A stretch of 63,014 nucleotides of DNA, the filler included, from Globobulimina sp. (Eukaryota), in the NCBI GenBank assembly GCA_003354225.1. It is 24 parts of 24 records of this genome, joined end to end, with 100 filler letters (N's around TTAATTAATTAA, not from the genome) between each part and the next. Parts side by side here need not be neighbours in the genome. Positions count along the whole stretch, not along the records: positions 23,679 to 26,208 come from PIVH01006147.1; positions 26,309 to 28,838 come from PIVH01006148.1; positions 28,939 to 31,468 come from PIVH01006149.1; positions 31,569 to 34,098 come from PIVH01006150.1; positions 34,199 to 36,728 come from PIVH01006151.1; 19 more parts are not named here. One strand, 5' to 3'. Shown piece by piece: positions 23,679-35,890 of the stretch; positions within the stretch are counted from its first letter, which is position 1; every line of letters starts with the position of its first letter. The position numbers and the translations under genes are program-made. The notes under the pieces are model-generated. The model made no database searches. It saw only the letters and a program-made list of their open reading frames with translations, and was not told where the DNA came from.

Positions 23679-26208
23679 TAACTCGAACACAAATAATACT
23701 TATAATCCCACTATGCCCCAAACCTACACCTTTGGTGACTTCCCAACTCCCGAAACTCCACAAAAAAAGAACCGTAAACCGCAGCCGCCATCATCCCTCC
23801 ATTCAGTCACAGTGTCCCCATCGATGCCGAAATATACAAAAAATCGAAGTAATGTGAATATAATCGATGATAAATTGACGAAAGCGGGAACCAGAAAAGC
23901 CATTGTTAATAAATTACCGTTTCCTGCTATTAGACGAACAAAAGACAAATCCCGCCGATATAAAAAAGTGACCCGTGGCGACGCAACCAATGATGATAAA
24001 AAAGAAGAATAATCAACAAACTATTAATAACCAACCAAATATCCATGACTTTACCACTGTTAATATGATAATTGAATCACAAAAAGCCAGAGACCATCTT
24101 ATATTTACAGATTTGCATAATGAATATTATTCTCATTGCAATCTGTTTTTTAATATAAAATACTCTACTTTATACCTTACAAATTTTCTTTTTAATCCAT
24201 GTAATTATTCGATTTTAATTAATTCAATTCAGTTATTAACTCCTTGTCTCTCCAGTGGTGTCCATTCAATTGAAATAAAAACGTTGTCAGTCGCAAAAAC
24301 TGTTTTGTTTAAACTGACACAAAACGACAAACAGTGGCAGATAAACTGCACAATAAAAATAACGCCAAACACACTAACATTCAGAAACATAAATAGCAAA
24401 AACATATACAAACAAATAAGCACAATACATAAACCCCGATATGGTAAGTTATAATGTATTGCAATTCAACATTGCCGGATTAGTAAATCCGTCAAACATG
24501 TCTCAAGAAGATAAATGCAGGAAAATGAATCAAATACTAGTCTCTAAACAGATTGATTTCCTATTGCTCCAAGAATGGAGTGCCACTCTCCGATATCCAA
24601 TCAGCCCAACACAAAATCACTACATTGATAAAAATAATACTAAACATCCGTTGAAATTCCCAATCCAATACTTTCCGAATTATAAAGTCCATCACGTTGG
24701 CACTGAGACTGCGATTCTTTATCGACATGTTCTCAATGTCACCCCTTTAGATCCCCCGCCAAACTATAACCAATCCAATCGCACAAAAAATTGCCATATA
24801 ACAAGTGTGATATTGCATAGTGGCGAGAGAGATATCGGCGTACACTCACTGTATAATTGTCCACGAAACCCCAATATAGACCAAATGTTTAATTATCCAT
24901 TGATTGTGGACGACAATATAATTGCTGGCGATTTCAATATACCGAATGTGATTTGGGGCAGCTCCCGATCAACCACTGAATCCACCAACTTTGTTGATGG
25001 TATAAACTTCCTTGAAATGCAGATACTAAATGTCAATAATCCATCATTTACTCATGTCCATAAATCCTATGACACCAAATCCTGTATTGATTTGACAATA
25101 TTATCGAATAAACTTAAATACACGAAATGGAATATAATGCACTCCATGTATGATGCAAATTGTTCTGATCATATCCCAATTCTTACTTCCTTCGAAGTAG
25201 AGCACTCATTCGGCTTCGAGGAAACGAAGAAAACTTGGAACTTATCAGACTCGCGAAAATGGTCAAAATACTCAGATCTCCTTGAAACAAACCTAAATGA
25301 CACTACATTCGATCCAGACCCTAACATATACACTGAACAACTTACATATTTAATACTATATACTGCCGAACAAACCATTGGATACAAAACTTACTACCGG
25401 GGCCATAAGCCGTGGTGGAATAATAAAATAAAGAAATTAAAAAGAAAATGTAAACGATTGCGACGCAGAATACAAAGAATGAAGAGAAACGCAAAGCGGC
25501 TTAAAGCGGACTTCCATAATTTCTCACGATATAAATCCGTGAAAGCCAAACTAAATGTATTCCAATCAAAGAAAATGAATGCGATTAAAATAGCTAAATC
25601 CAACCATAATAACAAAATAAACAAATATATCCAATCCTGTAAAGATTATGGCCGCAGATTCTGGCGGACCGTAACCAATAATAAATCAAATCGAACAGAC
25701 ACAAATAATATTCCCCCATTAACATATAAAGATAAAACAAATATAACTAATCCATTACAGCAAGTTAAAGCATTACATGAGGCCATGACTAGACCCCCTA
25801 AACCACCATCCAGCCCACAACACGACCATTGGCACAAATATGTAAATAAGTTTGTACCGAACTTCCTTCGTAAAAATAGAATAAATCCCACCTTTAATTC
25901 CAATGACTCACATAAAATTACCACCGATAAGTTGATACAAAACAAACGCTCCAAAATAAAAACCCCCTCACAAATAAATACACGAATCAATCTCCAATCC
26001 GACAATTATCAAATCCTGAACGATACCATCCTAAAATACGAGATAAAAAAAGTAATAATGAACCTAGATACTCACAAAGCATATGGGCCCGATAGAATTC
26101 ACAACCAAATGTTGAAAAATGGTGGTGATATATTGATTGACTTTCTGCTCCCTTTGTTTAATACTTGTATGCGACTGGGAGTATTTCCCGGATATTCGAA
26201 CTTCGCCA
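23679..26208 (+). mobile_element. Non-LTR retrotransposon (LINE), 5' half: end of ORF1, a middle ORF, and ORF2 with APE endonuclease and start of RT
   Basis: ORF2 (24441 onward): QFNIAGL, LLQE, AGDFN, IDLT and SDH (APE), then KAYGPDRIHNQMLK. Upstream frames 23679-24012 and 23975-24454. Confidence 0.92.
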
Positions 26209-26308
26209 NNNNNNNNNNNNNNNNNNNNNNNNNNNNNNNNNNNNNNNNNNNNTTAATTAATTAANNNNNNNNNNNNNNNNNNNNNNNNNNNNNNNNNNNN
26301 NNNNNNNN

Positions 26309-27110
26309 TAACACCCACACCATCAAAATACGTTTCTTTGCAATAATCATGAAAATGTAACTTCTTTTTCTTTCATTTAAATGTAAATTTACCACTTTTC
26401 AATGTATTATTTTCTAAATCTTTATATTTATGTTTTCCAGTCAATATACCTCGAGCTAATGGACTAAATGCAAAAAATGACATATTAAAATGCCGAATAC
26501 ATGGAAATAATTCCGATTCAACCTCTCGTCGCAACGGATTATATCTGCCCTGATATACTGTCGGTGATAGCAACTTATATTTATCGCATAAAAATACAAT
26601 TTGACAAACCATCCAAGCCGGAAAATTACATAAACCAAATCTCTTAATTTTACCTTGTTCATACAATTCATTTATCGCAACTATGGTTGGCAAAATGGGA
26701 TATTTCGTTGATGGTTGATGTATATACAAAATATCCACTTTGTTAATATGCATTCGTGATAAGGATGTCTCAAATTGTTTATTTACACCTTTTTTATCCA
26801 AACCTTTTAATGCATGAACTTTTGTAGAAATTAATATATTTGCTTTCTTTGTTGCATTTATATCTAATGATTGAATCATTGACAATGCTTTTTCTGATTC
26901 ACCACGACCATAAACATAGGAAGTGTCAATATATATCGTCTCCTTTGAGCTATGCCTGTCTATAAATTCAGATAATATGTTTCGAGACGTTTCTTTATCA
27001 ACGTTTGATCCCAACTCAGTGGCACCTAATATTATTTTTGGCAACTTTGGTCGCTGTTTCTTGTTATATTTCTTTTCATCTTGCAATGATTTGTTCTGAT
27101 TCGTTGCCAT
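26309..27110 (-). CDS. Aldo-keto reductase (AKR7-like) interrupted by an in-frame TGA at 26373-26375, 3' partial
   Basis: IDTSYVYG, STK, DILYIHQP, GLCNF, PTVYQGRYN and FSPLARGILTGK; the frame continues after the TGA as ...YCKETYFDG. Confidence 0.88.
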
Positions 27111-27158
27111 TTGCAATTAAAAAAGATATTTGCATAAAACTTTAACACGGAATTGAAA

Positions 27159-28770
27159 ATGAAAGACAGAACAACAAGTTCAACACATGGGAGACGTATA
27201 GCATCCAAAACATTATCAAATCAATACACATCATCTAAACCTTCATACAGACGCAAGTCATCATCATTTATCCACGACCTATGTGGCAATACAAATACTC
27301 GCATTCTATGCACTGTAATCATCGCAATATTTCTAATATTATCACTGTTATTCATGTTATATGTCGACAATGAATCCCATTCACATTTTACATCAAATCA
27401 AAACACCCAACAACAATTACCAACAGATAATAATCTCATATCTATACAAGAACTAAACACAATGAATTACATCAATACAGCCAGAACCAGAAACATTATC
27501 CCCTCCAAAACATTGCGCCCATTAATCGAAAACACAAAAGACGACATCCATATAGTTATCACCAGCACCAATATCCTTGCACTCATTCAATAAACCAACA
27601 CCAAACAACCATATACCCACCACACAGATCTTCAGTACGGGTTGTTCGGAATATCAAAACTGGCAAAGTGAAGTATTGTTATATTCGTGGGCCCGCCTCA
27701 ACCATCCTGGACAAATAACTCGCATCGTGTCTGGATGTAAAAACTTAGACGACAAAAAATCTGCGCTCAAAACCGCCATTGTCTCCGAAAGAGTACATTT
27801 ATTTTATGCTCCTGATTACACACCGCCACAACAAGGAGCTGGCCGTCCCTTTCACTATTTTAACAAACCATTTTCAATGCGGAAGTTTGTCAATGAAGTG
27901 GACATTGCAGAGTCGATATTGGTACTCATCGATCCAGATATGATTATAACAAAAGTGTTCAACTATCATTTACCGGACGTAGGAGCACAGTATCAGGTGA
28001 AAAAAGGGCATCCAGTCTCACAGAAATACGGTATCGGCGCTAAGTGGGTGCCATGGAAACTATGTAAGACTGCTCCCTGTTTGCAAGTGGATGACAGGAT
28101 TGCTTGGAAGCATTACAGTGTAGGCCCTCCCTATATGATGCATATCGACGATTGGCGCTTGATTGTGGATGAATGGGTGGATTATTCGCCTGCTGCGTTG
28201 GAAAAAGATCCACCACCTTCTATTTTAGCGGAAATGTATTCTTATGCCATGGCTTGTGCCCATCATGATTTGCCGCATGAATTGGTGCAGACTATGTTAT
28301 CTGATCCAGATTCGATGATATCTGAGCCACGTTGGACAAATATTTCATGGGAGTTTAAGAAACGGGGCTTTTTAAAAGGGAATATTGAGGAGTTACATGT
28401 GCATATATTACATTATTGCCATGGTTATTGGTTAGGGGATGAACGGAATACTGGACATATGGCCAACTATGGATTTAATTTCCATAAAGGACATTTGCCC
28501 AAAGATATATTGCATAATTGTGAGAGATCATTGTTGGTGGAACCGCCTACCAATAAGTTTGCAATGGATAGGGACTCAACGAAGAATAATAACCATGTCT
28601 GGATGTTGTATCAGTTGATTACAAGAATTAATAATGCGTTGGCAAACTATAAACAGTTATATTGCGGAGAATCATGGGTGCCAACATTTAATACGGTGTT
28701 GAGACAACCTGAGGCTGATAGTACTAATAAGATGCACTATTTCTTGGATGATTTATTTAATGTTGCTTAA
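27159..28770 (+). CDS. Type II glycosyltransferase of the HPAT / peptidyl-serine galactosyltransferase family (GT95/GT96-like), intron 27555-27627
   Basis: IFSTGCSEYQNWQS, ITRIVSGC, NKPF, IDPD, VGPPY and LAEMYSY; a 73-nt intron joins DDIHI to IFSTGC. Confidence 0.85.
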
Positions 28771-29051
28771 AATGGACATTTCTGTTATACTAAAAACAAA
28801 AAACTTTTTTTTTTGCAGCATGGCAACCACATCAATAGNNNNNNNNNNNNNNNNNNNNNNNNNNNNNNNNNNNNNNNNNNNNTTAATTAATTAANNNNNN
28901 NNNNNNNNNNNNNNNNNNNNNNNNNNNNNNNNNNNNNNCAAAAACTTTTCTAATCGTTGAAATGAAACGAAACGAAACTAAGCCAAAAAAGTTAAATGAT
29001 AATCATTTTAAAGTGACTGACAAAATTGAAGTTCAATTGTCGCTCAGTTTC

Positions 29052-29289
29052 TTTTCATAATCATTGTCGTTTTTTAGGCATTCCAGGACTTTTAGAACTT
29101 TGCGTCTGTACAGAAATGAATTGCTGGCTGACAAAAACGTTATAAGGTAACAAATGCGTTTCTGATTGACAGAAAAACCTGCTCAAAACCTTGAGACGTT
29201 TCTATCTGCAGCGGGACAGAAGAATCGCAAAGTTCCAAAATCCCAAAAGTCTATGGATCCTAAAACATGAACGACAATGATTAAGAAAA
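29052..29289. mobile_element. Putative MITE (about 230 bp)
   Basis: TTTTCATAATCATTGTCGTT and AACGACAATGATTAAGAAAA are inverted at 19 of 20 positions; inner imperfect IR (GAACTTTGCG/CGCAAAGTTC); no ORF. Confidence 0.65.
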
Positions 29290-29315
29290 TATGTATAAAA
29301 CACTTCAAAAATATT

Positions 29316-31028
29316 TTATGGTGGAACTATTTTCTGTACTTTTGGATCTAAAGCTTGGTCAATGAGAGATTGCAGTTTCTGTGGATCATAATTGGTGTTA
29401 TCATTGTCGTTGGATATAAATTTCTTTGCGTCATCGAGATGAAATCTTGTCGAAATTAGTTGATTGGGAAAATACTTTGAGATTTGATAAAATTTTAGTT
29501 TATTGGTCTCATTTATTTTATAAACCAACAGTGTTTTGTCCCACTCATTGGTCCAATACATATCATTTTCATCGCCAATTTTGCATTTATGACATTTTAA
29601 TATATCATCACCATTCTTATCGCCAAATGATAGGCGTTGTCCATGCGGTATTTTGTCATAATCGATGTTATAATATCTGTCAATATTAAATGCATTGTTT
29701 TGTGCATTAATATTAAACATAAATGAACACGGTTTTGGCGGTATGACTTCTTTCAGTTTTCCATTGGAAATATATTCTTTTTCCACCTTATTTATATATT
29801 CTTCATTGTTCCATTTGTCGCGGCTCATTTGCGTGAATTTCAATCTCCATTCTAAGTGACCAGAAATATGAATCCATGGATGGTCATTCATTGCAAATAT
29901 ATTGCAACAATTCTTCATTGAGCCCATAGCAAAGGGTCTCTCTCTCCAATACCACGTCTCTTCTTTCTTTATTTTGTAATGATCGCTGTTCCGAAAAACC
30001 ATAAATCTATTTTTCAACTCATAGTCCAATGTGTTGACCGGATAAATGCCCAACGCATTCAAACAAGCTCCTAAATGAGGATCGTCATTCCCTGCCACAA
30101 AATCCATGCAATGCGCATGTGCATAGTGTGCTTTTTGTGCTGTCGGCAATGTCATTAACAACGGACCCAATTTCGCCAATGTTTGGCCATTAATTACATG
30201 CAAATTGCCCGCATTATACACAATGTTATCCCCTCTCCATCGATCCAATAATGTGTGTCCAATATAGTAACAATTATTGCTATGTCGTACGTTATAAAAC
30301 GACAAATATTTCCGCAAATTCACCATCGATATTAGCACATCATCGTCAATGCGGACAAACCAATCAAAATGATGCAAATAATAAATATAGAAATATGAGT
30401 ACATTCTGTGTACTTTCTCCCACGTATTTCGCTGTGCGGTGTGATGCGAAGGACGGCTCAGATTCAATTTGATTATGCTTCCACCAAAATATTCCGACAA
30501 ATGAGTCAACTCCGTCTCTTCATTTATTATCTTGTCATTCAAATCATATTCCAATCCATTTGAATCATATTTTTCTTGATTGGCAGCACTGTGAATTGAT
30601 TTATTAAAATAGTTATTTTCTAAGCTCTCGTCGCTGCCATCTAAAATAAAAAACAGTCCATCACACAATTTGCCGTATGTTTCGCCAATAAATTGCATTA
30701 ATATTTTATTGCGAGGATATAATGACAAAACAATACACGCGATCCTTTGCTGCGGGAATCTTTCTCCCCATTCGTGCTCAATTGGTATTGCATCACATCC
30801 TGAAAATGTATTTGATTTATAATATTTATCATCTTCATCTTCATCTTCTTCTTGTTGTTGTTGTGCATTATTCACTGTAATTTTGGAATGATGTGTGTAT
30901 GTGCTGGCCAATTCAGTTTCAATTATGTGATATGATATTAATAGTTGCAAAATGCTGTAAATTAATAATATCGCAGAGAAAAAGACAAAGGGTCTTTGTT
31001 TAGACAGCCTTTTCAGTGTTAGCATCAT
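29316..31028 (-). CDS. GT31 glycosyltransferase (core-1 beta-1,3-galactosyltransferase / Fringe-like)
   Basis: N-terminal TM; TYGKLCD, WEKV, DWFVRIDDD, YIGH, YNAG and DDPHLGACL. Confidence 0.88.
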   Translation of the reverse strand: MMLTLKRLSKQRPFVFFSAILLIYSILQLLISYHIIETELASTYTHHSKITVNNAQQQQEEDEDEDDKYYKSNTFSGCDAIPIEHEWGERFPQQRIACIVLSLYPRNKILMQFIGETYGKLCDGLFFILDGSDESLENNYFNKSIHSAANQEKYDSNGLEYDLNDKIINEETELTHLSEYFGGSIIKLNLSRPSHHTAQRNTWEKVHRMYSYFYIYYLHHFDWFVRIDDDVLISMVNLRKYLSFYNVRHSNNCYYIGHTLLDRWRGDNIVYNAGNLHVINGQTLAKLGPLLMTLPTAQKAHYAHAHCMDFVAGNDDPHLGACLNALGIYPVNTLDYELKNRFMVFRNSDHYKIKKEETWYWRERPFAMGSMKNCCNIFAMNDHPWIHISGHLEWRLKFTQMSRDKWNNEEYINKVEKEYISNGKLKEVIPPKPCSFMFNINAQNNAFNIDRYYNIDYDKIPHGQRLSFGDKNGDDILKCHKCKIGDENDMYWTNEWDKTLLVYKINETNKLKFYQISKYFPNQLISTRFHLDDAKKFISNDNDNTNYDPQKLQSLIDQALDPKVQKIVPP

Positions 31029-31260
31029 TATCAAAGTGATTATTAAACGATATATTCCAAAAGATAACCCCTTGGTCGGTCGATAAGTTGTTTACATTTT
31101 ATTCAATTATACCAGAAACAATTTGCAAATCCAGAAACGGTTTGCTATATGTTTGTGTTGGGTTTGTTATGTGTTTGTTATAACTTTGTCTTGGGTTTGC
31201 AAATTTTTATGTTGTGGTTATTTTTATTTTAATGAGGTTATTTTTGTGAATTTCCCTTTA

Positions 31261-31468
31261 CTTTAGAATAGCACATATTTGAAACACTGTCTGTTTAGAG
31301 AATGTCTAGTTATTATCACTCTGTTTTTTTTGACGAAATAGAGAATTAATATACTTTAGAATAGGACGTGTTTAGAACACTTTTCTTTTGAAATTGTATA
31401 CTTTATCCTAGCACTGTATGTAAATCTCCATAGGATTTTAAATTGTTTAAACACGCGGTATTCTAAAC
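31261..31468. repeat. Direct and inverted TTTAGAATA(G)...CGTGTTT repeats, possible MITE fragment
   Basis: CTTTAGAATAG at about 31261 and 31354; an inverted partial copy at the contig end. Confidence 0.45.
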
Positions 31469-32400
31469 NNNNNNNNNNNNNNNNNNNNNNNNNNNNNNNN
31501 NNNNNNNNNNNNTTAATTAATTAANNNNNNNNNNNNNNNNNNNNNNNNNNNNNNNNNNNNNNNNNNNNTCCGGTGCGCCCGTCACGACCAAAAGTAAGGG
31601 AACCCACAATCTTTCGAGATTAGTACTTTGTAAATTCCTTTATTTGATACATTGTAGCAATGTGGGAGAAAGCAGAGGTCATTTATCTACAAATTTTGGA
31701 GATCGGCTCCTTAAGGAGGTAGGTACTTGACTTGAGTGATATGTTGATTGGACTGATTCTAGTTATCAACAGATTCTAAGAATACTTTCTATGATTCAGA
31801 TCCTAGATTATTCTGAGAACCACATCTGTTTGTGACCAATTTATAATGATATTATCAAAAATGATCAATCAGATTTGTTCACTCAACTCCGCTTTCAGTT
31901 CCAAGCGGGTGGCGAATAGTCACACTCAGCCGAAGATAAAACGGTAATATTGATTATTACATAATTTTATGCGATAATCTCAAAATAAAGAAAAAATCGA
32001 ACAATCGCTTATGAAATTCTGATTTTATTTTCATATTAGTGTTTATTTGATCTGAGCAATATTGCTACTATCGTGTGATATCCATACTGGACAAAAAGTG
32101 AGATGAGAGAAACGACGATCAATTAATCGTATAATATGACATTTTTGCTCTGGATTTTTACCGTGAAATAAAATTGGACACATTGGAATAATTTCTGTGG
32201 TGTATTGGACATAAAAACAATATTGGATAAAAAGCAAGTTCTACACCCAAAAATTAACATATTTTCACTGCGAGATCGAAGTCCAAGTCACCAGTTGACC
32301 TCTCAGCTGCATTATAACATTGTAAACATCGAATTATGAAGTTATTCGGTGTTTTAAGCTAAATTTAGTTTTGATTCATCAAAAAAGTAACTGAAGAGAC

Positions 32401-33768
32401 ATGATCGAGATAACACAACTACTCATTGCAATCATATTGTTTGCTGAATTTATATTCTATTTGAGACATAAATATTTGCAGTATTATGTCAGTCACAGAA
32501 TTCCATGGACAATCATTAAACCATCAATCAACAAAAAAAGGCTTGAAATTCTAAGAAAATACAAAATAATGTATTCCAAGTATTTTACTGGAGAACTTCG
32601 TGAATGGTGGTCACGTCATTTCAATGATTGTACATTTACTGAAATAAAAAAAGAAAATGTCAGAAAAATGTTCGTTTGGTACATTTTGAAATTTGATGAA
32701 CAAAAATCCAAGTTAACTGACCAACAAATTGAATGGAGAGCCAAATTGATTTCAGATTTCATTAAAGACGCAGAAACTTCATTAAATTTCCAATTTGAAG
32801 AAGGGTATAATGACAAGATACAAACAACATGGAGTACCAATCAAAAACAAAAAATCAAAATGTTTTATCACCCATTAATATTTTATTTGACAGTTTGTGT
32901 TGGAAAACAATTCGCTAACGTAATATTTTCAGATTATTTCGGATTTCAATTTAAATTCATGAAAGGACTCAAAGTTTGGTATAGATTGAATGAATTCAAT
33001 GAAACAAAAAATAGTGAGCCGATATTAATATTTGGAGGTGTAGGTGCTGCAAATCCAATTCAATTTATTTTTTTCATGCATTCGTTGTTTAAAAAATACA
33101 AAAACAACAAAAATGTATTTGTGATTGAAATACCATGGAGTGAGATGTCTATCCAACATTTTCTGCCATATTCAGGTTATTTAATCAATAAATTACCATT
33201 AAATACAACACAAATTACCGAGATTGTGTTTGAATTAGAAAGCATGATATTGAATGATAATAATAAACAGAGTTTAACATTGCAATGGAATTTGATTGGT
33301 GAAAGTTTTGGAACTTTTATTTGTTCTGCAATTTATCAAAAAGTAAAATCAGAGAAATTGGGCGTTATTCCACGTTTGGTATTAATTGATGCGGTTACAT
33401 TATGTATGACTGATCCTGTTTGGGGAAGGTTAACTAATGTCACCGAAAAATGTTGGGAAAAACGATTGCTGCAAATATTTGTTGGTCAGGAAGCTATGTT
33501 TGCTGGCTGGTGTGACAGACATTTTTATGGCATAGATTATTGTTTATATCCACATGAGTTAATTGATGATGGCTGTGCCAAGCAACATATTGTAGTGTCT
33601 GGGAGTAGAGATCATGTTATAGCATTTGATACGATTAAACGAGGGATTGATGAAGCAAATAAATTACAGTTGAAGAACAACAAAATTATTCATATTGTTA
33701 AAGATGTAAAGCATGGTACATTTTGGATGAATGTAAAGTATCACAAAGAGTTAGTGAATTTATTGTAA
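32401..33768 (+). CDS. Membrane-anchored alpha/beta-hydrolase fold protein
   Basis: N-terminal TM, IGESFG nucleophile elbow, and D (SRDHVI) and H (KHG) triad candidates. Confidence 0.8.
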   Translation: MIEITQLLIAIILFAEFIFYLRHKYLQYYVSHRIPWTIIKPSINKKRLEILRKYKIMYSKYFTGELREWWSRHFNDCTFTEIKKENVRKMFVWYILKFDEQKSKLTDQQIEWRAKLISDFIKDAETSLNFQFEEGYNDKIQTTWSTNQKQKIKMFYHPLIFYLTVCVGKQFANVIFSDYFGFQFKFMKGLKVWYRLNEFNETKNSEPILIFGGVGAANPIQFIFFMHSLFKKYKNNKNVFVIEIPWSEMSIQHFLPYSGYLINKLPLNTTQITEIVFELESMILNDNNKQSLTLQWNLIGESFGTFICSAIYQKVKSEKLGVIPRLVLIDAVTLCMTDPVWGRLTNVTEKCWEKRLLQIFVGQEAMFAGWCDRHFYGIDYCLYPHELIDDGCAKQHIVVSGSRDHVIAFDTIKRGIDEANKLQLKNNKIIHIVKDVKHGTFWMNVKYHKELVNLL

Positions 33769-34417
33769 ACTTATTGCTTAGTACTTAACTTAAAAAATAA
33801 TAACATATGCACTTCTATTGTGAATGTGAGGATAAGTATTTAATTTTTTTGAACGAAGCATTGAACGAAAACAATATTATACATATATTGCACATAACAA
33901 ACACATCTATAAAATTAAATTAAATTATATTTGTAAATAAATAAAAACACTGTGCAATGTACGAGTTCGTAAAGTCATTGGAAACATATTAGATACATGT
34001 AGTACCGAAGCTTGCTTCGTAGCTTCGCATAAACTGAGATACCGTTTTTCACAGCTGTTGATCTAGATCTACTACATGTACCGGTAATACATCTCTGTNN
34101 NNNNNNNNNNNNNNNNNNNNNNNNNNNNNNNNNNNNNNNNNNTTAATTAATTAANNNNNNNNNNNNNNNNNNNNNNNNNNNNNNNNNNNNNNNNNNNNGG
34201 CATAATGCTGGCATATTAGATTTGGTGCAGCCAGCTCTTAGACAACATGTTGAACATGTTACTCAAATGTTCAACCCACAATTTTAAAACCCCTGAGAAA
34301 GTGTCCACACTCTTGGATTTTGCTGACGGAGTGTGCGAAAAACAGGGAAATTTGTATAATACAATATATCTCCGTTATATCACATAATGTTTACAACATT
34401 TTGAACATTCATAAAAG

Positions 34418-35890
34418 TTATTTAATAGCTTGCCTTAATTGGACATTATTCTTATTTTCCATGATAAAAACACAACATCCAAACGTGAATGCCAATAACA
34501 TCAACGGTATCACCAAAATGAAATGTGTTGCACTCACAACCTCAGGCTTTTTATATCCTTTATATCCCACATCCTTTATAAACAATGCATTATCTGCACT
34601 TGAACTGTCACTGTCACTGCTTTAACAAAAACAAAAACATTAGTTTCAAAAACGACATTAACATAATATTTATACATAACTTATCCAATAAAAATGCATT
34701 TACCAACGATGGTTGATGTGCAGTGATACAATGCATGCCTCCACCACCAATATTAATATTAACGGGGTTAATTTGTATAACTTCTCTGCCCGTACACTCA
34801 AACAATTCCTTCATAATTCGCAACACCTTTCTGTCTCTTCTTTGGATCCATTTAAATCCCAAATATTTATCTCCTTTGGTATAATATTTTGGAATAAGAA
34901 CTGCTTGGTTCGTCACAACAAAATTAAGATACGAAGTGGCTCCGTATGCATAAATAATTTCGTCATTTTCAACTAACGCATCAAACTCTGCTAAGCCTAC
35001 ATACCAATAATAAGAGTCATCTTCGTCAGTAAGTTGTACCCAATACGATGGAGCTAAAGGCATTCGAATCACATTTAAATCCTCGAAATTCGCTTTCAAA
35101 TATTCAATATTAGCATCCATTAAAACTTTATCCTCTTCAAGTTTGCCATTCGAATATGCATCTCTTGCAATATCAACATCAGTTATTTGCAATATAACAA
35201 TGGTATCATCACTCACAAATCTTGCAATCTCATCAATATGTCCTCCGGTGCCCCATCCAAAGGCAATACAGCCATCGCAAGGTCCGTATGACGGATCAGT
35301 TACAATTTGGTCATTTGACATGATACCGCTTAACCATATAATCGTATCAATGTTAAATAATTTCTTGTATTCTCTTTCTGAATCTTCCAATGCCCACTAA
35401 TTAAAATATAATTTTGTGTTTAGTTTGCTGTGTGTTTATATTTTTGTATTTTTTTATAGTGAGAATATACCTGCGTATTATACAAATTCCTGCCGACATT
35501 ACGCAATGTTTCTACGTTTTGGTTCATCATTAATAGATCTTCACCGTTAAACTCACGATTTCCTCCTTCTCCAACTAAGCAAGTATTAATTATGGCTGCT
35601 GTTTGATTGCCATTATAATAAATTAAGCGATCCAATGATTCTTCAAAGATGGTAAAGTTTTGACCGCCGTGTTCAGCGCCAGACCAAAAGTCAAAATCAA
35701 AATCAATGCCATATAAACTTTCCGCATAATACGTAAATACCGGACCCATGTCACGGATCCAAATATCGTCTCTAGCTTCAAAATTGAATTGGACGCAATT
35801 TGCTAATCCTTTCACATTGCGTTGTCCCATTTTTTTTTGCGACACGATATTGACTATTTTCAAATGCCATCCTTGTTCGACTAGTTTTCT
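34418..35890 (-). CDS. Agmatine deiminase / PPAD-family enzyme with a predicted C-terminal TM exon (intron 35397-35470; second intron about 34620-34707), 5' end unclear
   Basis: DIWIRDMGP, EGGN, TGGHIDEIARF, SYLNF and GGGGMHCIT (catalytic Cys); a downstream frame encodes FILVIPLMLLAFTFGCCVFI. Confidence 0.85.

Noticed and set aside
23990-24012. Programmed -1 frameshift at AAAAAAG between LINE ORF1 and the middle ORF
   Set aside because: The downstream ORF is in the +1 frame, so the heptamer is not phased for -1 slippage. An indel or a separate ORF is as likely.
15788-31028. Apparent glycosylation gene cluster (sulfotransferase-GT17, GT95/96, GT31)
   Set aside because: The genes lie on different contigs joined artificially.
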